Positions 35,854-49,559 of a stretch of 64,000 nucleotides of DNA are shown piece after piece. Origin of the DNA: Macrostomum hystrix (Eukaryota; Animalia; Platyhelminthes); contig CATNEN010000003.1 in NCBI GenBank assembly GCA_950097015.1, positions 13,454,001-13,518,000 of the forward strand. The letters run 5' to 3'. Both the position numbers and the translations under genes were made by a program. The first letter of the stretch is position 1, and each line of letters starts with the position of its first letter. The notes under the pieces were generated by a model that was given only the letters and a program-made list of their open reading frames with translations, was not told the origin of the DNA and searched no databases.

Positions 35854-36464
35854 ATCTAGGCCTTTCAATCTTTCGTGTTGTTTGTTTTTCTTTTCTTAAA
35901 ATCTATTCTTTTGTTCTAATAGATTTGCTTTTGAGCAATGCACAGTTGCTGACTGTGGCTTTTTTTTAAAGATTTAGGAGTTTCGTGCCTGTTTAATTTA
36001 ATCGAAAATGTTCGTGTTAAATCGGATTAAATGATAGTTACGGGAGCAAAGTTGCATCATATCTTGAGCAGTTCATTTGATGTCACTATGAGTATGAGCC
36101 TTAATTTTTCTATTCCTTTATCATACTCGTATTTTATATTACGGCTGCTCAGATCTCAAGAAAAAAACACTTGAAGTTTTTTTGTACAGATTGTGATTCA
36201 CTGATTTCTCATTTTCAGCCTCGTCACTAGCATATATAAAAAAATTGTAACAGAGTTTTCTTAAAATTTCTACCATTTTTTAATCATCTCTGTGACTCAA
36301 TAATCTATTGCTTTCATCAGCAACGATGAAATATTTTTCTGAAAAAGCATAATTAATCTTTATATTTAATACGAACACACAGAATTTAAATATGCAAAGC
36401 CATGTAGCAGCTTTGCTTTGATCTGAGCACAAAACTTTCTACCTTCACCCTACCTCAACAACAT

Positions 36465-36922
36465 CTCTCACTCTAACTCTCACTCTCCGTCTCAATTATC
36501 TCTCACTCTCCCTCTCACTCTCCGTCTCAATTATCTCTCACTCTCCCTCTTACTCTCCCTCTCACTCTCCCTCTCACTCTCCCTCTCACTCTCCCTCTCA
36601 CTCTCCCTCTCACTCTCCCTCTCACTCTCCCTCTCACTCTCCCTCTCACTCTCCCTCTCACTCTCCCTCTCAATTATCTCTCACTCTCCCTCTCACTCTC
36701 CGTCTCAATTATCTCTCACTCTCCGTCTCACTCTCCGTCTCACTCTCCGTCTCACTCTCCGTCTCACTCTCCCTCTCACTCTCCGTCTCAATTATCTCTC
36801 ACTCTCCCTCTTACTCTCCGTCTTAAATATCTCTCACCCTCCCTCTTACTCTCCCTCTCACTCCCCGTCTCACTCTCCGTCTCAATTATCTCTCACCCTC
36901 CCTCTCTCCTACCTCTCACTCT
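36465..36922. repeat. 12-bp CTCTCACTCTCC minisatellite
   Basis: Direct inspection. Confidence 0.93.
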
Positions 36923-37340
36923 CCCAATCTTCCCATTTTACAAACTAAAACTGGCCTTCGCACACTTCACCAACAATGCGTAGAAAAAAATGTCCCTACC
37001 AACCGATGGCTGATGCCCCATCTGTCCCATCAAACAAAAGTTGACAGCCATTTCTACAATTCTGGTGGCTTCTGACAGAAGACGAAAACTAGAATAAGTC
37101 AGCCAAATTTTTGGTTCTTGGGTCTACCGTCCAAAATTGCGTAGTATTTCACCCTCCCCAAAACGAAGGCATGGCAACCCGGATTGATTCTGAACGCAGT
37201 GCGACAGTATTTTTGTTATTGCTGACCCCACACTTGTCAGGGTATGGATGTCAGCAAATGCAATCATTCTAGACTGATGTTGGTAGCATTGGCGCTGCAT
37301 TAGCTGTGCTGCAAACACTGGCGAATATTGTCTAGATCAG

Positions 37341-38772
37341 TGGAATAGACCAACTGAGACAATGGAATAGACCAACTGAGACAATGGAATAGACCAACTG
37401 AGTCAATGGAATAGACCAACTGAGACAATGGAATAGACCAACTGAGACAATGGAATAGACCAACTGAGACAATGGAATAGACCAACTGAGACAATGGAAT
37501 AGACCAACTGGGACAATGGAATAGACCAACTGAGACAATGGAATAGACTAACTGAGTCAATGGAATAGACCAACTGAGTCAATGGAATAGACCAACTGAG
37601 ACAATGGAATAGACCAACTGAGACAATGGAATAGACCAACTGAGACAATGGAATAGACTAACTGAGACAATGGAATAGACCAACTGAGACAATGGAACAC
37701 ACCAACTGAGACAATGGAATAGACCAACTGAGACAATGGAATAGACTAACTGAGTCAATGGAATAGACCAACTGAGACAATGGAATAGACCAACTGGGAC
37801 AATGGAATAGACCAACTGAGACAATGGAATAGACCAACTGAGACAATGGAATAGACTAACTGAGACAATGGAATAGACCAACTGAGACAATGGAACACAC
37901 CAACTGAGACAATGGAATAGACCAACTGAGACAATGGAATAGACTAACTGAGACAATGGAATAGACCAACTGAGACAATGGAACACACCAACTGAGACAA
38001 TGGAATAGACCAACTGAGACAATGGAATAGACTAACTGAGACAATGGAATAGACCAACTGAGACAATGGAACACACCAACTGAGACAATGGAATAGACCA
38101 ACTGAGACAATGGAATAGACTAACTGAGTCAATGGAATAGACCAACTGAGACAATGGAATAGACCAACTGAGACAATGGAATAGACCAACTGAGTCAATG
38201 GAATAGACCAACTGAGACAATGGAATAGACCAACTGAGACAATAGAATAGACCAACTGAGACAATGGAATAGACCAACTGAGTCAATGGAATAGACCAAA
38301 TGAGTCAATGGAATAGACCAAATGAGACAATGGAATAGACCAACTGAGACAATGGAATAGACCAACTGAGACTATGGAATAGACCAACTGAGACAATGGA
38401 ATAGACCAACTGAGACAATGGAATAGACCAACTGAGACTATGGAATAGACCAACTGAGACAATGGAATAGACCAACTGAGACAATGGAATAGACCAACTG
38501 AGACAATGGAATAGACCAACTGAGACTATGGAATAGACCAACTGAGTCAATGGAATAGACTAACTGAGACAATGGAATAGACCAACTGAGACAATGGAAT
38601 AGACCAACTGAGACTATGGAATAGACCAACTGAGTCAATGGAATAGACCAACTGAGACAATGGAATAGACTAACTGAGACAATGGAATAGACCAACTGAG
38701 ACAATGGAATAGACCAACTGAGACAATGGAATAGACCAACTGAGTCAATGGAATAGACCAACTGAGTCAATG
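37341..38772. repeat. 22-bp satellite TGGAATAGACCAACTGAGACAA
   Basis: About 65 highly homogeneous copies, with a local 88-bp (4-mer) periodicity of variants. Confidence 0.97.
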
Positions 38773-39349
38773 TCAGGCTTTAAATTTATGTTACAGCATT
38801 TGTCTATGCACAATAATTCTGTATGGCGTTAAACACTGCCATAATTCCTTATAGTAACTGACAATAAATTTCATCAATTTTACGTCTTAATAAAAAGCTA
38901 ATGAGTTCTGACAGTGATACCTGTTTAAGACTGTTCCAATGTAGGTGGACAGCGCAAGTGATATTATGTAATAATGCTTAATTTATATGGAACCTTTGTC
39001 GCCAACGTACGAGCTTACCTGTCTTCTTTAACTGTCTTGACCATAGACTATTTGACGCGATTCCGTCAGCTGTTACGGGCCGGTGCAGTTTTCGCAGGGT
39101 TATTGTTGAAGGATGGGAGATTCACTTCCACAGGGGGGCTTGTTAAAATGCGGCCGTTATGAAGCACACTTAATTGTTGCAAACATTGGCTGCATATTTT
39201 AAGGCGAGCAAAGTGCCACATTTTCTTTTTTGGGATCTTTTGACTGCTTTTAGAGTATCTTCCTTTAACCAACTCTATTTAGTGATAACAGTCTCCGTGA
39301 ATCGTTAATGTTATCTTAAAACACTACGCTCTATCCTAAGGAGTCCTTC

Positions 39350-39945
39350 TCTATCCATCTCTATCCTTATCAGTATCAATCCTTATCAGTATCTATCATT
39401 ATCAGGGCCTATCCTTATCCGTATCTATCCATTATCAGTATATATCACTATAAGTATCTATCCTTATCAGTATCTATCCTTATCAGTATCTATCCTAATC
39501 AGTATCTATCCTTATCAGTATCTATCCTTATAAGTATCTATCCTTATCAGTATCTATCCTAATCAGTATCTATCCTTATAAGTATCTATCCTTATCAGTA
39601 TCTATCCTAATCAGTATCTATCCTTATCAGTATCTATCCTTATCAGTATCTATCCTTATAAGTATCTATCCTTATCAGTATCTATCCTTATCAGTATCTA
39701 TCCTAATCAGTATCTATCCTTATCAGTATCTATCCTTATCAGTATCTATCCTAATCAGTATCTATCCTTATCAGTATCTATCCTAATCAGTATCTATCCT
39801 AATCAGTATCTATCCTAATCAGTATCTATCCTTATCAGTATCTATCCTTATCAGTAACTATCCTTATAAGTATCTATCCTTATCAGTATCTATCCTTATC
39901 AGTATCTATCCTTATCAGTATCTATCCTTCTCTCCCCTTATCAGT
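39350..39945. repeat. 16-bp TATCTATCCTTATCAG minisatellite
   Basis: About 36 copies. Confidence 0.95.
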
Positions 39946-40286
39946 TTATATATTTCTCCATCCAGTCTATCCGACACAAGTAACTATCCGATCAATTTTG
40001 GTACAGCTCCCCTAAAAGGTTAACTAGACAATCATTAGAAGGTTCTGGCAGTGTGAGCATCTCTCCACCTGTCTCTTATCTTATCTCTTGTCGCTCTATT
40101 TCTGATGTCTGGGATGCCAGACCGCAGTCGAGGGCATCACTGCGACCACATCGATTCTGCTGCTGCTACCGACCCATCTGTTTCCTCAGCCAGAAGCCAA
40201 AATGTGCCCCAAATTTCTGGGCACACTCCCGCGCTGCAGGCCCTCTCGTTTGTCAAACCGAATCTTCTGCTCTCAATATGTGTATA

Positions 40287-40502
40287 CCATGGTGGGGAGA
40301 TGAACATATTGGGGTCGTTTGATGGGTCGGTTCTTCACCTGGCTCGCGCGGAGGAATACACGTGTCACCATAAATGCGGACCCATTTAGACGGGTAAGGG
40401 ATGGAATGGTATACGGTTGATGGCATGCCAAGGGATACCCATCCGCCACTTTAAAAAATAGTATACATTGGTTGATAGGACAGGGGACCCATTTCACCAT
40501 GG
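40287..40502. mobile_element. small MITE with TA target duplication (Tc1/mariner-like)
   Basis: TA|CCATGGTG...AGATG at the left end and CATTTCACCATGG|TA at the right end. Confidence 0.5.
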
Positions 40503-40536
40503 TATACCAGACGGTTCTGCAACACATATTAACAGC

Positions 40537-40567
<31 letters not shown>

Positions 40568-41064
40568 GCTGCTGCCGCTGCTGCTGCTGTTGCTTGAACT
40601 TGTCGCGCGGCGTCTGTTCCCTGACTCCCCCAGTGACTTTCGTAGCCAGGTATAGATACAGGATGCGTCGTTTAACGCTCACCCTCTCTCACTCTCTTTC
40701 TCTCTGTCTTTGATTGACGAATGACCAACAGTTGTTTGAGTCCGCTATTAGCGCGCTATGTACAAACTCTATCACAATGCATTGTCTATACATGATCTAT
40801 TCTTTTATGCAACTCTCTGATTGTGCCTTTTGTTTTACTCTCGTCGGAGCTTTAAAACCCCCCTGAGGGGAGTGTACGGTATTCAGAACAAAGGAAGCAT
40901 AAAGACAATAGGCCCGCATTATTTTCGAACGAACAGTCAACAGCTCTTAAAAATGAGTTCATGTGTGATGGACAAACTGCGCTTGTTGCTAATTAAACTG
41001 CTGCTCAAATGTTCGAAAACTTTTAGAGAATACTTGATTCTTTATTCGTCATGTCTGGGGGGAG

Positions 41065-41170
41065 TCTGAGAAGGCCTTCAGTACACTGCCCGACGATGAT
41101 AAAGTTAGGGCAGTTGTACACAGGAGTCAGCAGAATAGACAGAATTGCCTGCTCGCTGGCTGCGGGTCCA
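41065..41170 (+). mobile_element. internal/3' fragment of SINE family B
   Basis: CAGGAGTCAGCAGAATAGACAGAATTGCCTGCTCGCTGGCTGCGGGTCCA. Confidence 0.75.
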
Positions 41171-42267
41171 ATTTCCAATTTCTTAAATGAATCCGAGGCA
41201 GTCGATAAAGCCAAGATAAACAACAATTCTAAAGAAAAAGATGTGTAAAATCTGGAAGCACTTGACTATCACATATGCCGCGTTTGGCTTTTGACGGAAA
41301 AAATATTCCTATGTCTGGCCAGCCATATGCTGTCCATATTTCCAAATGTGCAGGTGCCTAACATAGTGCTGGAATAATGAACACGGAAATATATTCAACT
41401 ATATATTTAGCACTTATCAAATTATGTTTATTAATTAGCCTGAGGCTAGGAGTTTACGTTTTTTTTTCTAATTAAAGTAGAATTTCAATCTGTGAAGTGT
41501 GAAGAACACATTTTATAGTAGAGACACTAGATTTCTATCAACTCACCTCCGTATCACCTCAATATCGTCATCGTTGAGCATATGAAAATCGCGTATTGAG
41601 ATCAGTTCTGTTTTGTTATAAAGCTTTCTTTCCTGTCCGGTACAAAAGCCTTCCTTGGTTCGCGCCTCACAGCTTGGTTAGGCCAGATTCTAATCAATCG
41701 AAAGTAGCGAGGGGTGTTAAACGGACGGCCCCCCAACATTTTTTGTTATCCCTTCTGGCGGTGCGACCGTCGCCACGGGTGGTACCAGCGACCAGATGCG
41801 GCTGGCCCAGATATTATTCCCACCTTCGATTAGGAAGTGGGGGCGTGGCGCGCGACTGCACGCACGGTAGCTTGAACATTCTCACACCTATGGAGTTTGT
41901 CGCCACACCCCTCCTTAAGGACCTGCCTTATCCGCCTGTTAATCTTATCGTTAGCAATCAGTGCAGGTGAGGGACCTGCTATACGATTCACTATTTTCTA
42001 TGGGGCCTACGCCAAAGGTATTGGCTCGCTCAGCTTTTGAAGTGTTGCGGCAGAAAGAAATACTTGTTAAATCCATTATTAGAGTCGCTGAAGAAGTGTC
42101 ATTTTTTCCCTTTAGGTCACGGATAAATATAGGGTTGCTCATTTTTTTGAAAATTTTGAAAAAATTCACAGTAGCGGGTGCATTAGCGCCATCTGTTTGA
42201 TCTTAAAGTCTTAGGTCTATAACTTATAATTTACACCATCCTTACACTACTGGCATTGGAGTAAAAT

Positions 42268-43033
42268 ATCTCATCTCACCCCCTCTCTGATCTCTCATCT
42301 CACCCCCTCTCTGATCTATCTCATCTCACCCCCTCTCTGATCTCTCTCATTTCACCCCCTCTCTGATCTCTCTCATCTCACCCCCTCTCTGATCTCTCTC
42401 ATCTCACCCCCTCTCTGATCTCTCTCATTTCACCCTCCCTGTGATCTCTCTCATCTCACCCACTCTCTCATCTCACCCCCTTCTCTGATCTCTCTCATCT
42501 CACCCCCTCTCTGATCTCTCTCATCTCACCCCCTCTCTGATCTCTCTCATCTCACCCCCTCTCTGATCTCTCTCATCTCACCCCCTCTCTGATCTCTCTC
42601 ATCTCACCCCCTCTCTGATCTCTTTCATCTCACCCTCTCTGTGATCTCTCTTATCTCACCTCTCTGATCTCTAATCTCACCTTCTCTGATCTCTCTGATC
42701 TCACCTTCTCTGATCTCTCTGATCTCACCTTCTCTGATCTCTCTGATCTCACCTTCTCTGATCTCTCATCTCAGCTTCCCTGATTTCTCATTTCGCCTTC
42801 TCTGATATCTCTGATCTCACCCTCTCTCTGATCTCTCATCTAACCTTCTCTCTGATCTCTCTGATCTCACCTCTCTCTGATCTCTCTTATCTCACCTTCT
42901 CTGATCTCTCATCTAACCCTCTCTCTGATCTCCCTTATCTTACCCTCTCTCTGATCTCTCATCTAACCTTCTCTCTGATCCCTCTGATCTCACCCTCTCT
43001 GATCTCTTATCTCACCCTCTCTCTGATCTCTCT
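42268..43033. repeat. ~26-bp TCTCTCTCATCTCACCCCCTCTCTGA minisatellite
   Basis: Direct inspection; degenerates toward the 3' end. Confidence 0.93.
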
Positions 43034-43854
43034 CTTTGACCTATTTTGTTTCTTTTTTTAGCTATTAATTTTGAGTCCAACTGTATTCGCTACTAAGTGA
43101 TTAAGATTTTGGCGACATTTTAAACAACTTTGTCACTATTTACTTACCGTAAGCCAGTGTAATAGTAACAAATATATTATTGAACGATCGTCACACTAAA
43201 AGGCCATAATTCCATTTGCGAAAATTCCTTTCTCCAAAAAAAACTATTTCACAATATGCCCAGTCGGACAGAGAAATACAGTAAAACTCAACACTGGCAG
43301 AAGTATATGGGTCGGCTATTTTTCTTGGCCATTTTAGGATTGTACGAAGCCCTCTCGCCCTACGAGAGACAGACTGCTTGTTCCTTGTAGGCCTCTGCGA
43401 AAGCATTTCTTTTGTGCCAAAAACCTTTTAACTAAAAGCTAGTGGCCATCGGTTTGTCACTAACCGCATTAAAGCTATGCTGCTTCTCGGCCAGTCTCTT
43501 TCACTCTCACCCTCTGCATCTTAATGCCGCTGGTTTCTAGCCAGTTTCTTTTTCGTAAGTTTCCTCTAGTCTTGCAATTCTCCGATATCTTTACTAATGG
43601 AACCATAACGTTTCGCAAAATATTTTCCTTCAGAATAAGATGGGAAGATGGAATGGCTAAAAGTGACCTATGGAGGTCAATTTTTCTGGAAGGGAAAATT
43701 CCTGCAAAGATTTTTTTTATTAAGTTCGTGCAACTTTGCTTCTGGAATTTCTTTGAGTTGAAAAAAAACTTGCTTTAGATTTTACATTCAGTGCTGGAAT
43801 TTTGCTAGATCTACACTTTTAACTATCTTCTCTCTCTCCCCACTCCATATTCCT

Positions 43855-44615
43855 ATTCTCCTCTCTTCTCCTCTCCTCTCCTCTCCTCTCCTCTCTTCTC
43901 CTCTCCTCTCCTCTCCTCTCCTCTTCTCTTCTCTCCTCTTCTCTCCTCTTCTCTCCTTCCTCTCCTCTCCTCTCCTCTCCTCTCCTCTTGTATCCTCTTG
44001 TATCCTCTCCTCTCCTCTCCTCTCCTCTTCTCTTCTCTCCTCTTCTCTCCTCTCCTCTCCTCTCCTCTCCTCTTCTCTTCTCTCCTCTTCTCTCCTCTTC
44101 TCTTCTCTCCTCTCCTCTCCTCTTCTCTTCTCTCCTCTTCTCTCCTCTCCTCTCCTCTCCTCTCCTCTTCTCTTCTCTCCTCTTCTCTCCTCTCCTCTCC
44201 TCTCCTCTTCTCTTCTCTCCTCTTCTCTCCTCTCCTCTCCTCTCCTCTCCTCTTCTCTTCTCTCCTCTTCTCTCCTCTCCTCTCCTCTCCTCTCCTCTTC
44301 TCTTCTCTCCTCTTCTCTCCTCTCCTCTCCTCTCCTCTCCTCTTCTCTTCTCTCCTCTTCTCTCCTCTCCTCTCCTCTCCTCTCCTCTTCTCTTCTCTCC
44401 TCTTCTCTCCTCTCCTCTCCTCTCCTCTCCTCTTCTCTTCTCTCCTCTTCTCTCCTCTTCTCTTCTCTCCTCTCCTCTCCTCTCCTCTCCTCTTCTCTTC
44501 TCTCCTCTCCTCTCCTCTCCTCTCCTCTTCTCTTCTCTCCTCTTCTCTCCTCTTCTCTTCTCTTCTCTCCTCTCCTCTCCTCTCCTCTTCTCTTCTCTCC
44601 TCTCCTCTCCTCTCT
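43855..44615. repeat. (CTCCT/CTCTT)n pure polypyrimidine microsatellite
   Basis: About 760 bp, almost devoid of purines. Confidence 0.97.
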
Positions 44616-45299
44616 GTATCTCCCCTCCTCTTCCTAAATTATATTTCTCCCCTCTTCCCAATCTCTCTAGCAGCATCACTTTTATCATCCTCATTCAGGA
44701 AAGTGAAAGAGATAAATAGAATACAAAATCCGAGCTACAAAACGGTCTTTCAAGAGGACCACAAATACCCGAATCCATCTGGGACTTCTAAAGCTGCAAC
44801 TGCAACTCACTTCTCGTCCTCTCTCTCTCTTAAATCCATAATCCCAAGTCCCAAACCCTGCCACGAGACTGTCACTCAAAACTCTACGTTTAAAATCCTC
44901 TCCTCACAGCCAAATAATTAGTGAGAGTGGCTGACATGCAGTATTGTCTGCGATAAATAAATTTCTCTTTAAAAAGCCAAACAAAATTATTTGCTTTCTC
45001 TCAATGCACACAGGTGGGTGGGGAGACTGCAGAAAATTAAGCAGTAAAAATTGAAATTAATTCCCCAACGCTCGTAAAAATATTTCCCCCACTGTCTCTC
45101 TGTGGCACTATTCTACTTCGCTTTTTATTTAATCAAATTAATTTGCAACGCAGTAATTATTTTAGTTCCACACTAAAACGTCAATTTGGCTACTGAAATC
45201 GCTCTCGATTTCGCAAATTTGTTTGCGGTAGGCAGTAAGTTTTTTTGTGAATAACTTCTGGTAACTTTTTTATCAATAAAATTCTCAGCTACGTGTAGA

Positions 45300-46050
45300 C
45301 GTGAGAGATAGAACACGGGAGAGAAATAAGACAGGAGAGAGATGAGACAGGAGAGAGATGAGACAGGTGAGAGATGAGACAGGTGAGAGATGAGACAGGA
45401 GAGAGATGATACATGGAGAGATGAGACATGGAGAGATGAGACAGGTGAGAGATGAGACAGGAGAGAGATGATACATGGAGAGATGAGACATGGAGAGATG
45501 AGACAGGTGAGAGATGAGACATTTGAGAGATAAGGCATTTGAGAGATGAGACAGGGGAGAGATGAGACAGGTGAGAGATGAGACAGGTGAGAGATGAGAC
45601 AGGTGAGAGATGAGACAGGTGAGAGATGAGACAGGTGAGAGATGAGACAGGTGAGAGATGAGACAGGTGAGAGATGAGACAGGTGAGAGATGAGACAGGT
45701 GAGAGATGAGACAGGTGAGAGATAAGACATGGAGAGATGAGACATGGAGAGATGAGACAGGTGAGAGATGAGACGGGTGAGAGATAAGGCAGTTGAGAGA
45801 TGAGACAGGTGAGAGATGAGACAGGTGAGAGATGAGACAGGTGAGAGATGAGACAGGTGAGAGATGAGACAGGTGAGAGATAAGACATGGAGAGATGAGA
45901 CATGGAGAGATGAGACAGGTGAGAGATGAGACGGGTGAGAGATAAGGCAGTTGAGAGATGAGACAGGGGAGAGATGAGACAGGTGAGAGATGAGACATGG
46001 AGAGATGAGACATGGAGAGATAAGACATGGAGAGATGAGACATGGAGAGA
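45300..46050. repeat. 15/16-bp GAGACAGGTGAGAGAT satellite (inverted relative of the 16-bp TGTCTCATCTCTC family)
   Basis: Reverse complement is TGTCTCATCTCTCACC. Confidence 0.95.
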
Positions 46051-46399
46051 TTCAGCAGTTTTGAGGAAGTTGGGAAGTCTTTTGACAGTCAAGCCTTTAA
46101 TATGTTGTAAAAGCAAGGTAACTTATAAGATATTTGTCACGGCCCCTTCTTCAGTTATCGCAATCATGTATCCGCCACTAAATTTACGTAACCGTATGCG
46201 TGAGTACAATTATAAGATCCTTATGAAGCAACGACTCGAAGTTAGGCAACCAAGGCGGAGCTTAAGAGAGGTCAACATACATTTAATACCCATGCTACTT
46301 TATGACCTAATAAGCGACCGCGAATAACTTGAATGATTGACTATTGATCCTTACTGTTGCCAAGTTCTCAAATAGATTATCGTTGCGTAAAATTCATAC

Positions 46400-47150
46400 T
46401 TTCTGTTGCCGGCGTGTCACAATATCTTAAATACCAAGTTGACAATGAAGGATTTGAGCCGGCGCATTCTTTTGTCCAGTGACGTCCATCCACTATACTA
46501 AATTTAGAGTTAGCAACAAGAAGTCTCGGCGCGCTCCGCAGTCAAGCTATACCTGTGCCTGTCTTTAGATTTTGAAAACTGATTTCAATATCGCCTCGTA
46601 ACCAGCCCCGCCTATCCGCGCGACAACAATTTTACGCCCAATGTGGAACTGGCGCAAGATTTTGTTGTTCCAGGCTTACGCACCTGTTGCATCATATTTA
46701 CTGCATGGTGAACTCCTTCGAACAAGAGCGACCAGTCATGGGAAAGTAGAACAGCTGATGTTTATCTAACCCAGGTCGAGCTTGACCCTTCGTCTGGCTA
46801 AAGGAAGGGACCAGAGAGTTCGCAGATTGTGTAAATGTGACTTTCCGTGACTTCTGGAGATCTGGCTGTCTGCAACTAGAAGAAGACCAGAAATCTTATG
46901 TCCGAGCTATACTCATTTTGGAGTCTACACCAAAGAGAGAGTCAAATCACCCCCCTGTCTCTTTCTTTCTGTATCCGCCGCTGGCTCCAGATTGTCCTAG
47001 TGAATTATGCATAGGCCAAATGGTTCTTCTGGCTAGCCTAATAGAAAGAAAATATATAGCCGCTGCGAGGCTGGGGGTTGGTTGGAGGACACGGAGACTG
47101 GGACTTGACTCCGCCTCAAATCTTTATCTCGGGACCATATCTTGAGCCTC
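46400..47150 (+). pseudogene. possible highly decayed LINE reverse transcriptase
   Basis: Motif-like remnants in RT order across broken frames: LSLDFEN*F (~46560), SG*RKG (~46795), SYVRAILIL at the YADD position (~46895) and LYLG (~47122). A possible continuation NGLGITNL lies at ~49035. Confidence 0.35.
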
Positions 47151-47692
47151 TCCAGAATCAGCTGGCCTATTTTACACGGTGCGTTTTGTGCCTTGCAGAG
47201 CCAATCTCTCTCTCTGTCCTGACTTTTCATCATAAATATATTACATGAGTCTCATTTTATTCTCCCCTGCGTTTTTTATACCGCTTTGAAACAAAAATTG
47301 GGCATTACACAGAAAGCCTGCTAGCAGCAACACTTTCTCTGTCTTCTCCATATTTAGTCTTGCTGGTGTTTATGATTTATTCTGCTTAATATAGGAGAGT
47401 TTTGGCTTTTCAATATTAACCCCTTGTGAGTTAGGTGGTTAATGCTTGTATGCTACATCATTTACAATGCAGTGGGTAAATCTGAGATTTTCTTTAACAA
47501 CAACTGAGTCTGTATAGCATCTCTTTAGATACTAAAACTAGAATCTTTTATGCTTAGAAATCCATAAAGTTTCTTAATCCAAATTGCAGATATCAATCCG
47601 ACACTTATCATTAAATCATTAAATATCTTTCCTGTAAATACAAACATTGACGTCTCCAAGACCCCAATATGGACTTTCTTAAGATAAAAAAT

Positions 47693-48500
47693 TGACGTTT
47701 CTTAGGTCCCAGCACCGTCGTTTCTTAGGTCCCAACACCGTCGTTTCTTAGGTCCCAACACCGTCGTTTCTTAGGTCCCAACACCGTCGTTTCTTAGGTC
47801 CCAGCACCGTCGTTTCTTAGGTCCCAACACCGTCGTTTCTTAGGTCCCAGCACCGACGTTTCTTAGGTCCCAACACCGTCGTTTCTTAGGTCCCAGCACC
47901 GACGTTTCTTAAGTCCCAGCACCAACGTTTCTTAGGTCCCAACACCGTCGTTTCTTAGGTCCCAACACCGTCGTTTCTTAGGTCCCAACACCGACGTTTC
48001 TTTGGTCCCAACACCAACGTTTCTTAAGTCCCAACACTGACGTTTCTTAGGTCCCAGCACCGACGTTTCTTAGGTCCCAACACCGTCGTTTCTTAGGTCC
48101 CAGCACCGACGTTTCTTAAGTCCCAGCACCAACGTTTCTTAGGTCCCAGCACCGACGTTTCTTAAGTCCCAGCACCAACGTTTCTTAGGTCCCAACACCG
48201 TCGTTTCTTTGGTCCCAACACCAACGTTTCTTAAGTCCCAACACTGACGTTTCTTAGGTCCCAGCACCGACGTTTCTTAGGTCCCAACACCGTCGTTTCT
48301 TAGGTCCCAACACCGTCGTTTCTTAGGTCCCAGCACCGTCGTTTCTTAGGTCCCAGCACCGACGTTTCTTAGGTCCCAGCTCCGACGTTTCGTGGGTCCC
48401 AGCACCGACGTTTCTTTGGTCCCAGCACCGACGTTTCTTAGGTCCCAATATCGACGTTTCTTAGGTCCCAGCATCGATGTTTCCTAGGTCCCTGCATCGA
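47693..48500. repeat. 23-bp CGTTTCTTAGGTCCCAACACCGT minisatellite
   Basis: About 35 copies. Confidence 0.96.
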
Positions 48501-49559
48501 CCTGTCTTGGATCTATAGATCTTGCTCTTAGTATTGCGTCTCAGAGGTTGATATTATACAAGTGTTAATAATTGTAGAATTATGCCGTTTTAGTGGGGCC
48601 AAAAATAATGATGTCAACCGGTGTGAACTGCACACATGCTGCTGCTGCTGCTGAATCGGAAACATTCCTATAGATCTATGATTCTCCAGACTCAAATTGT
48701 AGCATATAGCCGCGAATAGGCATAAGCATAGTCTCCTTCTTCTAGTAGAACTCAAGTGGAACACGCAGAGTTCGCGGCATTGATTTTTCTTCCGCTAAGT
48801 TGAAACAGAGAGGGAATGAGAGAGAATGCGCGTGTATGCTCATGTGCGGCTCGGTTTCAACAAGATGGCCCAAAAACTCAATGATGGGAAATTCACAGAC
48901 TCTCTCACTTTCGTACAGGTCGAGACATTGAAGATCTTCTCGGTCTTTGGAAGGTCTTTGGGGTCGCTCCGCGGTGCATGCGAGTAATTGTTGTTGTTTT
49001 ATTTTAGCAAAATCGATAAGGACCAGAATCTAAATGGCTTGGGAATAACTAATCTGGGGAGAGAGAGAATGACCATGCAGTGAGTTTCACTAACTCCGCT
49101 TTCATAAACTGTCGACCATTTATCTAACAGGGTCAAATATAGTAATGAGGAGAGACGAGAGAGAATAGACCAGATGGACATTACTACAGCCACTTCAAGC
49201 ATTGTTAATGAAAATCAGATTTACACTCTTCATATTGATCAACTTGGGCAAATCATCGAGCGAGCTAATACTTAAATTAACCTTTGTCACAGATTTAATT
49301 TTTTGAGATATTTTTGAAACTAATGAACTGATTATTGGGCAGTTGATTAAGTACAGACAGTTAATTAAACAGTTAATAAGTTCCCTTCAACAGTAGAAAA
49401 ACCTCAAGGGACGGCTTTGAAAGTTAGTTCATCTGAAAATTTCGATCCATATTGTGGACTTTCACAAAAAATCGGTCATTCGTCGGTTTGGGAGCTGTCG
49501 TGAAGTAGGCAGTGGGAATACGAAATTCCCCGTGGTCTATCCCACACGGGTGAAAAACT

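Noticed and set aside
41596-42200. GC-richer block with short ORFs, possibly a decayed retroelement
   Set aside because: No diagnostic motif could be identified by eye.
22969-46116. Long ORFs of 200-1100 aa (e.g. 22969, 27441, 27476, 33982, 43819, 43998, 45289)
   Set aside because: They are translations of tandem repeats, open in several frames at once, with no domain content or splice context.
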